From Octopus vulgaris (taxonomy: Eukaryota): 64,000 nucleotides of DNA. Below the pieces are notes generated by a model that was given only the letters and a program-made list of their open reading frames with translations, ran no database searches and had not been told where the DNA came from. This document shows, piece by piece, positions 12,478 to 24,949 of this stretch. Position numbers and translations under genes: made by a program. Every line of letters begins with the position of its first letter. Within the stretch, counting starts at the first letter, position 1. The stretch lies in assembly GCA_951406725.2 (NCBI GenBank), contig OX597831.1, positions 27,094,001-27,158,000 of the forward strand, given 5' to 3'.

Positions 12478-12790
12478 ACGCAAGTGGCTTAGTGGTTAGG
12501 GTTTTCGGCTCAAGATTGCAAGATCGTGAGTTCAAGTCTCGGCGAGGCATTGTGTCCTTGAGCAAGGCACTTTATTTTACACTGCTCTGGTTCACTCAGC
12601 TGGCAAAAAATGTGTAGTACCTGTATTTCAAAGGGCTACGTAACTCAGTGGTTCAGCAAAATAGACCGATAAAATAAGTACTAGGCTTAAAAAAATAAGT
12701 CTTGGAGTTGATTTGTTCGACTAAAACCCTTGACGGCTGTGCTCCAGCATGCCCACAGTCAAATGCTTGGAACAATTACAAGAATAAAAG
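12478..12790 (+). mobile_element. Family D tRNA-head SINE (CORE-like CCTTGAGCAAG) with a family B tail
   Basis: A box TGGCTTAGTGG, B box GAGTTCAAGTC; tail GACCGATAAAATAAGTACTAGGCTT... Confidence 0.7.
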
Positions 12791-13007
12791 AATACACACA
12801 AACACACACACACACACACACACACATAATAATCATTATCATTTAGCCTCCCTTGTACCTTACTTTCATCGGCCTGATGGAATCTATTGAAGCTGATTTG
12901 CAGCCATCAAATGCCACTCTTGTTGCTTGCCATCATCTGATTGCAAGCCAGATAATGATATTGACTCCTGATCAACGTATGTTGTTCTTTAATAAGATAT
13001 TAACAGG

Positions 13008-13360
13008 AAGGCGCATGGCTCAGTGATTAGAGCGTCAAGCTTACGTTGTGAGTTCGAATCACAGACCGGGCTGCGTGTTGTGTTCTTGAACAAGACACTT
13101 TATTTCACGTTGCTCCAGAAAAAATAAGGCGGCAAGCTGGCAGAAACCTTAGCATGCCGGGCGAAATGCTTAGCGGTATTTCGTCAGCCGCTACGTTCTG
13201 AGTTCAAATTCCGCCGAGGTCGACTTTGCCTTTTATCCTTTCAGGGTCGATTAAATAAGTACTAGTTACGCACTGGGGTCAATATAATCGACTTAATCCG
13301 TTTGTCTGTCCTTGGTTGTCCCCGCTGTGTGTAGACGCTTGTGGTCAGTAAAGAAATAAG
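13008..13360 (+). mobile_element. Family D SINE head followed by a full family A SINE (13128-13358)
   Basis: GGCGCATGGCTCAGTG head, then GGCGGCAAGCTGGCAGAAAC...AAAGAAATA. Confidence 0.85.
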
Positions 13361-13559
13361 ATTAACAGGAAGAGTTCTCTGCTTACTCCTCATATACTCC
13401 TCTAACTCTAACAACCACTGTAAGATTGGAGCATTCAAATGGATACTCAATTCACTATTCATAACAACCAGATATTTCTCGTATCAAAACCTAAAATGCG
13501 ATAAAAATGTATTGGCTGTAGATACACAATGGCTGAAAGACACATTGGATAAAGTTATA

Positions 13560-13860
13560 TTTGTTCCTTCTCGAGCCACACCTGGCTCATAAGGGCCGGT
13601 TTCCCGGTTTCCTTGGCTTATAGGATCCCCACTTGGACAGGACGCCGGTCCGTCGCAAGTGAGCTGCAAGATGCAGGAGGAAGGAGTGAGAGAAAGTTGT
13701 GGCGAAAGAGTCAGCAGAAGTTCGCTATTACCTTCTGCCAGAGCCGTGTGGAGCTTAGGTGTTTCGCTCATAAACACACACATCGCCCGGTCTGAGATTC
13801 AAACCTGCGATCCCTCGACCATGACTCCATTGCTCTAACCACTAGGCCATGTGCCTCCAC
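13560..13860 (-). mobile_element. Family C tRNA-derived SINE with a V-domain-like 3' part
   Basis: Minus strand reads GGAGGCACATGGCCTAGTGGTTAG...ACACCTAAGCTCCAC, followed by CTTGCGACGGACCGGCGTCCTGTCCA (V-SINE-like). Confidence 0.75.
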
Positions 13861-14487
13861 ACTGGATAAAGTAGTCCTAGATAAATTATGACTGAAGGGA
13901 AGATTGGAATACGTAGTCTTAAATACTCTGTGTTTGAAGAAGATATTGGGGTAACAAAGTCCGAGATATACAATGTCCAAAGGACACATTAGATAATGCA
14001 GCCCTAGAGATATAGTATCTGAATAAAATAGAGGACAGTCATGGCTGGAAGCTTTGTGACCATAGGTCAGTTGGAAGAGGTCTAGCTTAAGGTTAAACTA
14101 GAACATCAAAGGAAACATTGAATGACATGGTCTTTGATATAACTATGGCTAAAATATAAATGTGATGGGCACGGATGAAATGCCTTTGATCGTTAGGTAT
14201 CTTTGTTCAAGATTGATTCTGGAGTTAGGCAGCAAAAACAAGATGGAGAAGATACCTGAGATAATGAAGGCATAGACACAACTGTCAGAACAACTATAGC
14301 AACAACAACAACAACAACAACAACAGAAACAAGGTGTGATGGTCATCGATACAACTATTTTTTATGATAGCTGTGCTTGACCTGGGGCTAAATAGCAGCA
14401 ATAAGAACAACAACAACAACAAGGTCACCAACACTTCATTCATACAACAAGCTGTTTTAGATAAAAATAATAATAATAATAATAATA

Positions 14488-14525
<38 letters not shown>

Positions 14526-14820
14526 GGGCATTCACTTTAATGATTACCTGTTTGAAGTTCAGGTTTCTTAATGACGTGTTTGTCATTCCTGTAAGGGCAG
14601 GGAACCGAAGTGAATCCCCCCCATACACACACACTCATACACACACTTCTATACCCTAATTACAGTCTCTACTACTATTACTACTACTACCACTACTACT
14701 ACTACTGTTATTACCTGCACAGCTGTACTAAATGTACCCAGTGTTCACTTGGTACATGCGCACTACAATAACATACCTAGATTTGTCACACCATGACTAC
14801 GATCACTACCAGCACCATCG

Positions 14821-14853
<33 letters not shown>

Positions 14854-15897
14854 TCATCACCGTCACCACCGTCACCGCCGCCACGTATACAGTCACCTAA
14901 TTCCGTTCTTCTTACGCTGTCAACTCTCTCTTTCTCTCTCTCCCTCTTTCCTCTTACCATTACCACATACCACTTATACATAATTCAACAACCAGCCAAT
15001 GAAAGAGCCATTATGTGGTCCATTCAACCTGTCAGAAATAGCAACCGAATCCCCTCAAATTATACGCAAATGTCTTGAAAAAGAAAAATACATTATTCAG
15101 TGTTGCAAAAAATAAACGGGATGGGCGTGGTTGGAATATTTTTACTGGAATTTAAAAAATGACAACAGGATAGACGGGCATGGTCAGAACACCAATGGCC
15201 ATAGGGGTTGTTGTTTAGCCCCAGATTGATCTGGGATTAAACGACAAAAATATGAAAAAAGCAAAAATATTTTCAAAATAAAAGTTACCATCTTGAGGCA
15301 GGAAACCTTGTGTGACGTAGAAGTACCGGGGGAAGGGGACAGAAATCCCCAGGGTTATTTGAGGGTGAGTACCCGTGACTTCGTTACAGTACCCAGAATT
15401 ATAAACAGGTCGAAATAGCTCGGCTCACGTGGCCATTCTGGGGCAAAATTTGCTTCTCCAGTACCAATCTACTCACCAATCTTTCCGACGCCATTGTGTT
15501 ACTGGTTTCAGTTATTCGATGGTAGCCATGCTGAGGCGCCACCTTTAAGGATTTCAAACGATGGTATTGACCCCATTTCAGTCTGATATATATTTTAGCG
15601 GTATCTGCTTGTCGAATGGTTAGGTTACGCTTTTCTTTTTTCACAAACGAAAGGCTTTAAACACCAGTTTACTGGTAAATAGGTACCACACACACACACG
15701 CACGCGCGCGCGCACACACACACGCATACACACACATACATACATACGTACGTACATTCACACATACATACATACATAAATACACACATACATACATACA
15801 TACGTATGTACGTACGCGTGCACAGAGTGTGTGGGTGTGGGTATGGGTGTGGGTATGGGTGTTCGTGTATGTGTAGTAAATCTTCTTAAAGACTCCA

Positions 15898-16144
15898 CGG
15901 GCATATGGCGTAGTGGTTAAGAGCGCGGGCTACTAACCCCAAGATTCCGAGTTCGATTCCAGGCAGTGACCTGAATAATAATAATAACAACAACAACAAC
16001 AACAACAATAAAAACAACATCGAAAAATACCTTAGGAATGAGGACCCAGCTTCGAAATTTCCCCAGGACACCTGATGAAGACTGGAGGATATATCAGCCG
16101 AAACGTTGTGTTAACAAACAAGATGAGGACAAATATCCGTCAAA
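15898..16144 (+). mobile_element. tRNA-headed short element carrying a minimal hammerhead ribozyme motif (SINE/retrozyme-like)
   Basis: A box TGGCGTAGTGG, B box GAGTTCGATTCC, (AAT/AAC)n spacer, hammerhead motif at 16067-16112. Flanked by direct repeat TTCTTAAAGACTCCA at 15883-15897 and 16145-16159. Confidence 0.75.
16067..16112 (+). ncRNA. Minimal type I hammerhead ribozyme motif
   Basis: GACAC-CUGAUGA-A-GaCUG(loop)CAGCC-GAAAC-GUU-GUGUU: stem I GACAC/GUGUU, palindromic AACGUU stem III, one mismatch in stem II. Confidence 0.65.
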
Positions 16145-16313
16145 TTCTTAAAGACTCCAAGTGTATTTTCAAATTCTTTGCTTTGTTCTTCTCGAGTAAA
16201 AAAATATTTTCCATCATGTATGAATGTTAATATATGTTTATATGTGAGCATGTATGTATGTATGTATGTATGTATGTATGTATGTATGTATGTATGTATG
16301 TTTGTATGTATGT

Positions 16314-16375
<62 letters not shown>

Positions 16376-17359
16376 ATGTATGTATGTATGTATTCATGGT
16401 GTCAATCTCATGCAATGGAGTTTTAAAAGAAAAAAAGTTATGAGTGTTTGCTTCTCAAATTTGAGGGTGGTAATACAGTTCTATACTTTTTTATGAATAT
16501 AGTTCTATTAAGGGACTTTTAATGAATGTCACCGGCGTCCTTGAGGCAAGGAAAAAAATATCAACGACACCGCTGATTGACACATTTGACACATTATTAA
16601 TTAGCATAATGGCATAGCCTGGAAAAAACATGGATTACATTGTAAAAATGCGAGCAAGAAAAATAATATTCTTACGATAATAAACCTGGCAAAGTTCAGG
16701 ACAAGTTACTTCGTCTGGTAAAGTACAGAACATGAACATTTTTATTTAAAATATTGCAGGTAAGAATAAAATCTGAATATTAAAAATCATTTGATTTGAA
16801 TTTACGAAGTAACATTATAATTAAAAAAAAGGTACCATTTTGTTAAAATGTTGACACACTAGAATACTGAAAAAAATGAGACCCAGAAGTACCAATATAG
16901 CTAAAGTTTTATGCAAAGTAGAATAGTATATATGATAGGTAAATACATTATGCAGGAAATTAAGCATTGGGTCAAGAAGACTTGGCAATAACTTCGGCAA
17001 CAACCTAGGCAAACTTTACTGTGAATTTGTTGTTATACGTAGATGTTACTGTAATATAAACTAATTTTTGTATTGTTCTATTTATTGTACTAACTAATTA
17101 TGTACTATTTTGAAACAAGTGATACGGGAAAGTGCAGCATTGACGACAAAACATTTGTGGAGTAAATGATGGGCTAATTCAACTAAGCGACTTGTCATGC
17201 CTGTATTTGGAGTATTCCAGGCCCTAACGTGTCATGGAAATTGTGTGTGGGTGGGGGTATGTGCATTTTGAACACACCGAAAAGCTATCAGTGGATATAC
17301 TCTACTTTGCGGCAGTCGGCCCTGCGTCTAATACGATCCATCGTCTGAGGTTTTGACAC

Positions 17360-18405
17360 ATCCTTCGGGTTTGTTGTCCTACATCACTCACGAAGTAAAT
17401 TTGGAGACAGTGTAGTTGTTAATTTGTGGATAAGAGGGAAGCAATGAGGTGATAGATTTGCCCTTGAACTTTGAGCGTTGGCGTAAATTCATGTTCAACT
17501 ATCCCCTTAGATGCACCAAACGATGTCATTTAAAATGCAGACTTGTATTGAAAATCCTTTGACTAGATGTAAATGCCTTCCAGGAGATCCATAAGAGGTT
17601 GAGGAGGAGCTGGTAGTGTTGGTAATCAGGCGCCGAACTGGCAGAATCGTTAGCACGCCGGGCGAAATGCTTTGCGGTATTTCGTATGCCGCTATGTTCT
17701 GAGTTCAAATTCCGCCGAGGTCGACTTTGCCTTTCATCCTTTCGGGGTCGATTAAATAAGTACCAGTTACGCACTGGGGTCGATATAATCGACTTAATCC
17801 GTTTGTCTGTCCTTGTTTGTCCTCTCTGTGTGTAGCCCCTTGTGGGTAGTAAAGAAATAGGTAGTGTTGGTAATCTTACTTCACCACCTGAGCAGCGCAT
17901 GCCATTAGTTTGATTTGGAAATTTTGGGAAAGTCTCATCACTCTTCTGTATTGAAACTCCGATGTGCTACAGCAGGCGTTTGCTGATCTTGAGAAAGTGT
18001 TATCTCGATTGTCTTGAGACTCGACTCCATTTGACATGCTGCAGCATGCATTTGCTGATCTTGATGTGCCGCAGCATACATGTGCTGGTCTTGGGAAAGT
18101 CTCATCTCTCTGTTGACACTCAATTCGTCGTGTACTGCAACATGCAGTTACTGCTCTTGGGACAGTCTCGTATACCTTCTGTATTGAGACTTCATCTGAT
18201 GTGCTTCGGCACACCTTTGCTGATCTTGAGGAAGCCACATTTCCCTTTTCTCTTGAGACTGCATTTGACGTGTTACAGCATGCAGTTACTGATCTTGTGA
18301 AAGTCTCATCTTCCTTCTCTCTTGAGACTCACGCCTTCGGTTTTCTACACTCCTTCTTGCTTTATAGTTGTTTCTGGAGAGATTACATCTTTTCTTTGGT
18401 GGCAT
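17360..18405 (-). pseudogene. Helitron Rep/Helicase N-terminal pseudogene fragment
   Basis: Minus-strand translation: MPPKKRCNLSRNNYKARR, RLSQDQ repeats, GMRCSGGEVRLP, [SINE], PAPPQPLMDLL...MTSFGA...FTPTLKVQGQIYHLIASLL...LQIYF. These are hallmark Helitron Rep N-terminal motifs, with stops and frameshifts. Confidence 0.85.
17628..17859 (+). mobile_element. Full-length family A SINE inserted in the Helitron pseudogene
   Basis: 16-bp target-site duplication GGTAGTGTTGGTAATC at 17612-17627 and 17860-17875. Confidence 0.92.
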
Positions 18406-18510
18406 CTTTCAATATTGTAAACAAAAAATTATGAAAATAGAAAAAAAAAATATACATTCATCTCTGTTTTTGTAAGCAGTTGCATGTATGTAGTATAAAC
18501 AATATTATAG

Positions 18511-18801
18511 TCTTATCAAAAGTGAAAGAATAAAAGTGAAACAATATTATACTGCTGAAAAAAATCGGAAGTCAAAAGTGAAAGAAGAAAAGTGAAACAA
18601 TATTACACCTCCGAAAAAAAAAATCGGGAGGGTCGTTTAGGGGTGGGGTGGGGGCTACTGCCCCCTATATGGACAAGAGCCAAAATTTGACCCACCTTCA
18701 CTCCGAACCTTCCCCGATTAATGAAAAACCTTCATGCCAAATTTCGTATATATACAAAATATTCCATTTTAATCCCGAGCAACGCCAGGAATCTCTGCTA
18801 G
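18511..18801 (+). mobile_element. Non-autonomous Helitron (3' end clear, 5' end uncertain)
   Basis: Subterminal hairpin CCCGAGCAACGCCAGG followed by CTAG|T at 18798-18802. Confidence 0.65.
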
Positions 18802-18838
18802 TGTGTGTGTGTAAATATATATATGTGTGTGTGTGTGT

Positions 18839-18924
<86 letters not shown>

Positions 18925-19359
18925 TGTATGTATGCATGCATGACGGTTTCTTTCAGTTTTCGTCTCCGAAATTTACTCACAAGGCTATAATAGAAGATTG
19001 TTGCCCACGATGCTATGCAGTGGGACAAAACCCGAAACGATAGAACCAGCTGAGATAACAGTATCTTTAACGAGTATATCTGAGACCGGTGGACAAAAAA
19101 AAAAAAAAACAGAAACAGAGGTTGGTGTGGAACCAAGACGATAACAACAGAAACCAAACTAAAAACGCAACCGACCAGACATTGTTATTTGGGATTACAA
19201 AATATAAACAAGCCTTTGTTATGGAGGTCAGCGACCCTGTTGGCATCAATCAAGAAATTTAGAAGAATGAAAATATATTGATGGATTATTGAGGTGGGGG
19301 GGGGCGTCCGAAGTTCCGGTTCCGGGAATAATCGATACATAGTTCTAGATTTATGTTCC

Positions 19360-19543
19360 ATCATCACCACTACTACCGTTACTTCACCACTACAATTACT
19401 ACTATGATATTATCAATCACACTACTACTACTACTACTACTACTACCACTGCCTTAACCACCGCCTCAACCACCACCACCACCACCACCACTACTACTAC
19501 TACTACTACCACTGTCTTAACCACCGCCTCAACCACCACCACC

Positions 19544-19588
<45 letters not shown>

Positions 19589-19739
19589 GCTGTTGCTGCT
19601 GCCTCCACAATCATCTCCAACACGAAATGCTCCACCACTCGTATCAACTCCAACACCACTAATTGCATCAACCACGATCAACAACACAAACACCACACCA
19701 CACCACTACCACCACCACCATCAACTTCACCGTCGTCAT

Positions 19740-19771
<32 letters not shown>

Positions 19772-20290
19772 ACATCATCACCACTACAGAAAGCAACAAG
19801 CCTGTCACTCGCACCATCTGCTATACCACCAATACCACTACTAACACTCAAGTATCCATTACTAGAACCCCACCCCGCTATTACACTTCTATCACCACTC
19901 CCACCATAACCACCACCATCTTCACTATTTCTACTGTCACCGCCACCATTACCACTAGCACTACCACACAACCAGCACCATCCTTACCACCACCATTATT
20001 ACCACTACCACCAATACCAGCACTACCATACACCACCACCACCGCCAGTACCACCACTACCAATATCACCACTACCACACATCGCCACCACCACCACTGC
20101 CATCACCATCGCCGCCGCCACCATCATCGCCACCACTACCACCTCACTATTAAGTGATCCTTCACCAATGTCAACATTGTTACAATGACAAAATGTGTGG
20201 AATGTTAAACGGGTTGGGTGGTGGAGGTGGTGGTGGTGGTGGTGGTAACGGCGGCGGTGGTGGTGGTGATGGTGGTGTTAGTGGTGGTGG
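19360..20290. repeat. Degenerate (CAC/TAC/CAT)n trinucleotide low-complexity tract, followed by (GGT)n
   Basis: Seen directly; source of poly-T/V/H ORFs. Confidence 0.9.
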
Positions 20291-21163
20291 TGTTGACATA
20301 CATAAGGAAGACTAACAAACAGAAAATGGTTATTTGTAGTAACTAAGTCTAGCGTGGGCGGATAGCGGAGGCGGGTGGTGATTGCGCAGGTGGAGGCGGG
20401 GTGAACGGGATGGCAGGTAGTGATTATATAGCACGAAGGGAGGGGGTAGGGGGAGTTAGAGAAAGAGAGGGGCGAGAGAGAGGGTGGAAGGGTGGTGATA
20501 GAGTGGGGTGGGGTTATTGTGTAAAAAAAAAAAAAGGGATGAAGGGGTAGGTGCCAGGGTGACGTAGGTGGGGGGTGACAGGGTGAAGGTGAAATACCGA
20601 GGAGGGAGAGTGAGAGAGAGAACGGTCGGGTGGGGGTGTGGGGGAGTGGGAGGTGGAAGAATGGAGAACGGGGTGAAGGTAAAATATCAGGGAATAGAGA
20701 AGTTGGGGGTAGAAAGAGATGGCGGGGGGTAAACGTGAAAGGCAAGGAAAAGGAAAAGGGGTGTGTGAAAGTATGGAAGCTGGGGGTAAAAGAAGCGCGT
20801 TGTTACTGTTTTTCGTTTCGTTATCGAAGATGGAACGGTTATTTTAAGGATGGCGGGGGGGGGGGGGTTAAGCGATAGGAAATAAAGCGCGTGGGAGTGT
20901 GTTTATGTACACTGGTGGTGGTGGTGGTGGTGGTGATGAAGGGGGTCCTTGTTAGTTGTCTAGGAAAAGGTGATGAGTGATGGTGGGAGAGGTCTGGAAT
21001 AAGCGGTAGTAACAGCTGGTTGAGAGAAAAAGAGTGGTGGTAGTGGTGGTGGTGGTGGTATTGATGGTGATGGTGATGGTGATGGTAATGATGCTGGTGG
21101 AAACCGGTTTTTCAGTTATCTCACCTATGTTTACATCTTTTGCTAGTACACGTTCGGCATCAG

Positions 21164-21164
<1 letters not shown>

Positions 21165-21211
<47 letters not shown>

Positions 21212-21763
21212 ACATTCATATACATACACACACACATACATACATACATACATACATACATACATACATACATACATACATACATACATACATACATACA
21301 TACATACATACACACATACACACACACATACATACATATATACACACATACATATATACATACATACATATACATACATACACACATACATACATACATA
21401 CACACACATACATATATATATATACATACATATACACTCATACATATACATATACAAGCATATACATACATCTACATATACACATATACATATACATACA
21501 TATACATATACACTAATATATACGTATACACTCATATATATATATACATACATACATACATACATACATACATACATACATACATAACATACATACATAC
21601 ACTCATATATACATACATATACACTCATACATACATATACATATACATGCATATACATACATCTAAATATACACATATACATATACATACATACATATAC
21701 ATATACACTCATACATACGTATACACTCATATATATATATACATACATACATACATACATACA

Positions 21764-21795
<32 letters not shown>

Positions 21796-21850
21796 CACAC
21801 TCATATGTACGCCTATTTATATGAGTATGTGTGTGTATGTATGTATATAT
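21165..21850. repeat. Compound microsatellite (TA)n(GA)n(TACA)n
   Basis: Seen directly. Confidence 0.95.
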
Positions 21851-22176
21851 ATAATAATATAAATAATATATAAATATATGCATATATACATACACATATG
21901 TACATACCTACATATATATGTATACAGACATGCATATATGGGTACAGGACATAAAAAACGTGGACTGAACGAGTAGATAAAACAGGGGACAACTGATGAA
22001 GGTAAAGCTTCTTTACGTTGCCTGTCTCGTTTCTCATTTTGTCCACGTTTTTTTATGTCCTGTATCCATATATGCATGTATATATACATATATATGTAGG
22101 TATTACATATATGTATATATGCATATATTCATATATTATATTATTATATGATCGAACCCACGCCATGCATCCTTTT
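21850..22176. mobile_element. Penelope-like terminal-repeat (pLTR-like) fragments in inverted arrangement
   Basis: CATGCATATATGGGTACAGGACATAAAAAACGTGGAC (~21929-21965) is inverted at ~22041-22078. Same family occurs at 24950-25300 and 56226-56490. Contains CTGATGAAGG. Confidence 0.5.
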
Positions 22177-22183
22177 CCAAGTT

Positions 22184-22221
<38 letters not shown>

Positions 22222-22238
22222 TACACACATACAAACGT

Positions 22239-22587
22239 AGGCGCAGGCGTGGCTGTGTGGTAAGTAGCTTGCTTTCCAACCACATGGCTCAGGGTTCAGT
22301 CTCACTGCATGGCACCTTGGGCAAGTGACTTTTACTATAGCCTCGGGCCAACCTAAGCCTTGTGATAGGATTTGGTAGACGGAAACTGAAAGAAGCCCGT
22401 TGCATGTGTGTGTGTGTGTGTGTGTGAGTGTGTGTGTGTTTGTTTGTTCCCCAACCATCGCTTGACAACCGCTGTTAATGTGTTTATGTCCCCGTAACTT
22501 AGCGGTACGGAATAAGACTTCGATAAAATAAGTACTAGGCTTACAAAGAATAAGTTCTGGGAACTGAAACTAAAGAATAAAAGAATA
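22239..22587 (+). mobile_element. Family B tRNA-derived SINE (GGCGCAGGAGTGGCTGTGTGG head, internal microsatellite)
   Basis: Head, CACCTTGGGCAAGTG core, GGTAGACGGAAACTGAAAGAAGCCCGT, (TG)n, tail AAAAGAAT. Confidence 0.9.
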
Positions 22588-22792
22588 CGTATATATATAT
22601 ATGCTGGAGCACCGCCTTAAAGGGTTTTAGTCGAACAAATCGAACCCAGGACCTGTTCTCGGTAAGCCTAGGACTTAATATATCAGTCCCTTTTGCCGGC
22701 CCGCTAAATTACGGGGACGTAAACACACAACATCAAGCTATGATGGGAAGGCAAGTGTTTGTGTGCGTGCGTGTACAATTTAATAACAAACT

Positions 22793-22926
22793 AGTTCGGC
22801 TGCATCCAACTTAAAGTTTTGTTGGCTCGTGAGACGAATGTATCTCGCCAGGATTCTTTCTCCGAGCTTTACGAGATAGGCTCGTCTGACGAGATTACGA
22901 AACTTTAAGCTGGAAGGAGCCGAATT
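22793..22926. repeat. Imperfect palindrome (~55-bp arms), MITE-like
   Basis: TTCGGCTGCATCCAACTTAAAGTTTTG... versus ...CGAAACTTTAAGCTGGAAGGAGCCGAA. Confidence 0.8.
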
Positions 22927-22989
22927 TACTAAACAATATATGTCACTCCTACAAGACTGTCTCTAGTGCTACTTTCATCCGTTCGTATA

Positions 22990-23407
22990 CTCTTTACTCT
23001 TTTACTCTTTTACTTGTTTCAGTCATTTGACTGCGGCCATGCTGGAGCACCGCCTTTAGTCGAGCAAATCGACCCCGGGACTTATTCTTTTGTAAGCCCA
23101 GTACTTATTCTATCGGTCTCTTTTGCCGAACCGCTAAGTGACGGGGACGTAAACACACCAGCATCGTTTGTCAAGCAATGCTAGGGGGACAAACACAGAC
23201 ACACAAACATATACACACACACTTATATATATATACATATATACGACAGGCTTCTTTCAGTTTCCGTCTACCAAATCGACTCACAAGGCATTGGTCGGCC
23301 CGGGGCTATAGCAGAAGACACTTGCCCAAGATGCCACGTAGTGGGACTGAACCCGGAACCATGTGGTTGGTTAGCAAGCTACTTACCACACAGCCACTCC
23401 TGCGCTT
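22990..23407 (-). mobile_element. Full-length family B SINE
   Basis: Ends in CACAGCCACTCCTGCGC (head on minus strand); (CTCTTTTA)n tail. Confidence 0.92.
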
Positions 23408-23447
23408 ATATGTATGTATATTAACAAGGAAAATAGGATGATCAATA

Positions 23448-23719
23448 CGTCCTATTGCATAATTCTACAATTGTTTCATCAATATATTGCCACAATATTA
23501 TTACATACTATGCACAATAATTTGCACAACTAACGAGAAAATATCAACTCATCAGGCTCCATAGATTTTATACATTAACTTGATTAGTCGATATTTTTCC
23601 GGTATTATCATAATAAACATCGAAACGTGGTATTACACCACACGTTACATAATACCATTGTAGTAATACTCTACCGGCAAAATATTGATAAAACAATTGT
23701 AGAATTATGCTATAGGACG
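23448..23719. mobile_element. MITE-like element with ~45-bp terminal inverted repeats
   Basis: CGTCCTATTGCATAATTCTACAATTGTTTCATCAATAT ... ATATTGATAAAACAATTGTAGAATTATGCTATAGGACG. Confidence 0.75.
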
Positions 23720-23762
23720 ACTCGCTCATTCCATTCTGATTGATAATATTTTATATAAACGA

Positions 23763-23910
23763 AGACGGGGAGTTGGCAGAATAGTTAGCTCACCGGACAA
23801 AATGCTTAGCGGAATTTTGTCCGTCTTTACGTCCTGAGTAAAAATTCCGTCAAGGTCTACTTCGCCTTTTATCCTTTCGGGGTCGATAAAATAAGTGCCA
23901 GTTGATCAAG
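23763..23910 (+). mobile_element. Family A SINE, 3'-truncated
   Basis: Match to family A head and core. Confidence 0.75.
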
Positions 23911-24094
23911 TACCGAAAAGGTTGGCTTTGTAGCAAAATTAAAAATCAGTATCTAAATAAACTGTACAGATATTTGGGGATTTTCAAATATACCAGCAGT
24001 AAAGCGATCCATTTCCGTTTCACTACAGTATCTAAGAACCGATACTCGCGAACAGACTTAAAGCAAACTCCAAGATCAAAACCCCAAATGGAGT

Positions 24095-24147
<53 letters not shown>

Positions 24148-24425
24148 GAATAACTTATAAACATGTAATTATAAATGCCATTTCTATTCATTTTCTCAAA
24201 TATATAATACTGTACCAAGGACGTTCTATTTCTTATCCTGCCATATATATATTTATACGAATTACAAAATCTATTTTCGTTATGATTTCGGTTGGAACCG
24301 GAAGTATTATGTGTAAACCGTGTTAAATGGCCGTTGTTAGACAATTTCCTTATCTTATTCGTATCATTTCCACCGGAAATAATAAGAGCAAGGCATTTTT
24401 CGTATGTATGTATGTTTATGCAAAC

Positions 24426-24506
<81 letters not shown>

Positions 24507-24719
24507 CACTCACACACACAAACACACAGACACGCATATATACGAATGTATGCACGATTTTGTACACACACACATTTATAGCTATACATATATATAAACG
24601 TTACATAATATATAAATACATACATATCTAAGCGCCTATACATACATAAAGACACACACACACACATATATACATACTTAGGTATACATTCATATGTATG
24701 CGTTTGCATGTATTTATGC

Positions 24720-24756
<37 letters not shown>

Positions 24757-24888
24757 CAAACACATATGTATGCATGCATGTATATATGCGCATGTATGTA
24801 TCCATATGTATATCTATGTATGTTTGTGTGTCCATGTATGTATGCGTGTATGTATATGTGTGTGTATGTATTTGTGTATATGTGTTTG

Positions 24889-24920
<32 letters not shown>

Positions 24921-24949
24921 TGTATGTATGTATGTATGTATGTATGCAA

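Noticed and set aside
20380-20880. G-rich purine tract with G-quadruplex potential (C-rich equivalent at 57780-57950)
   Set aside because: Low-complexity sequence common throughout such genomes; no evidence of function.
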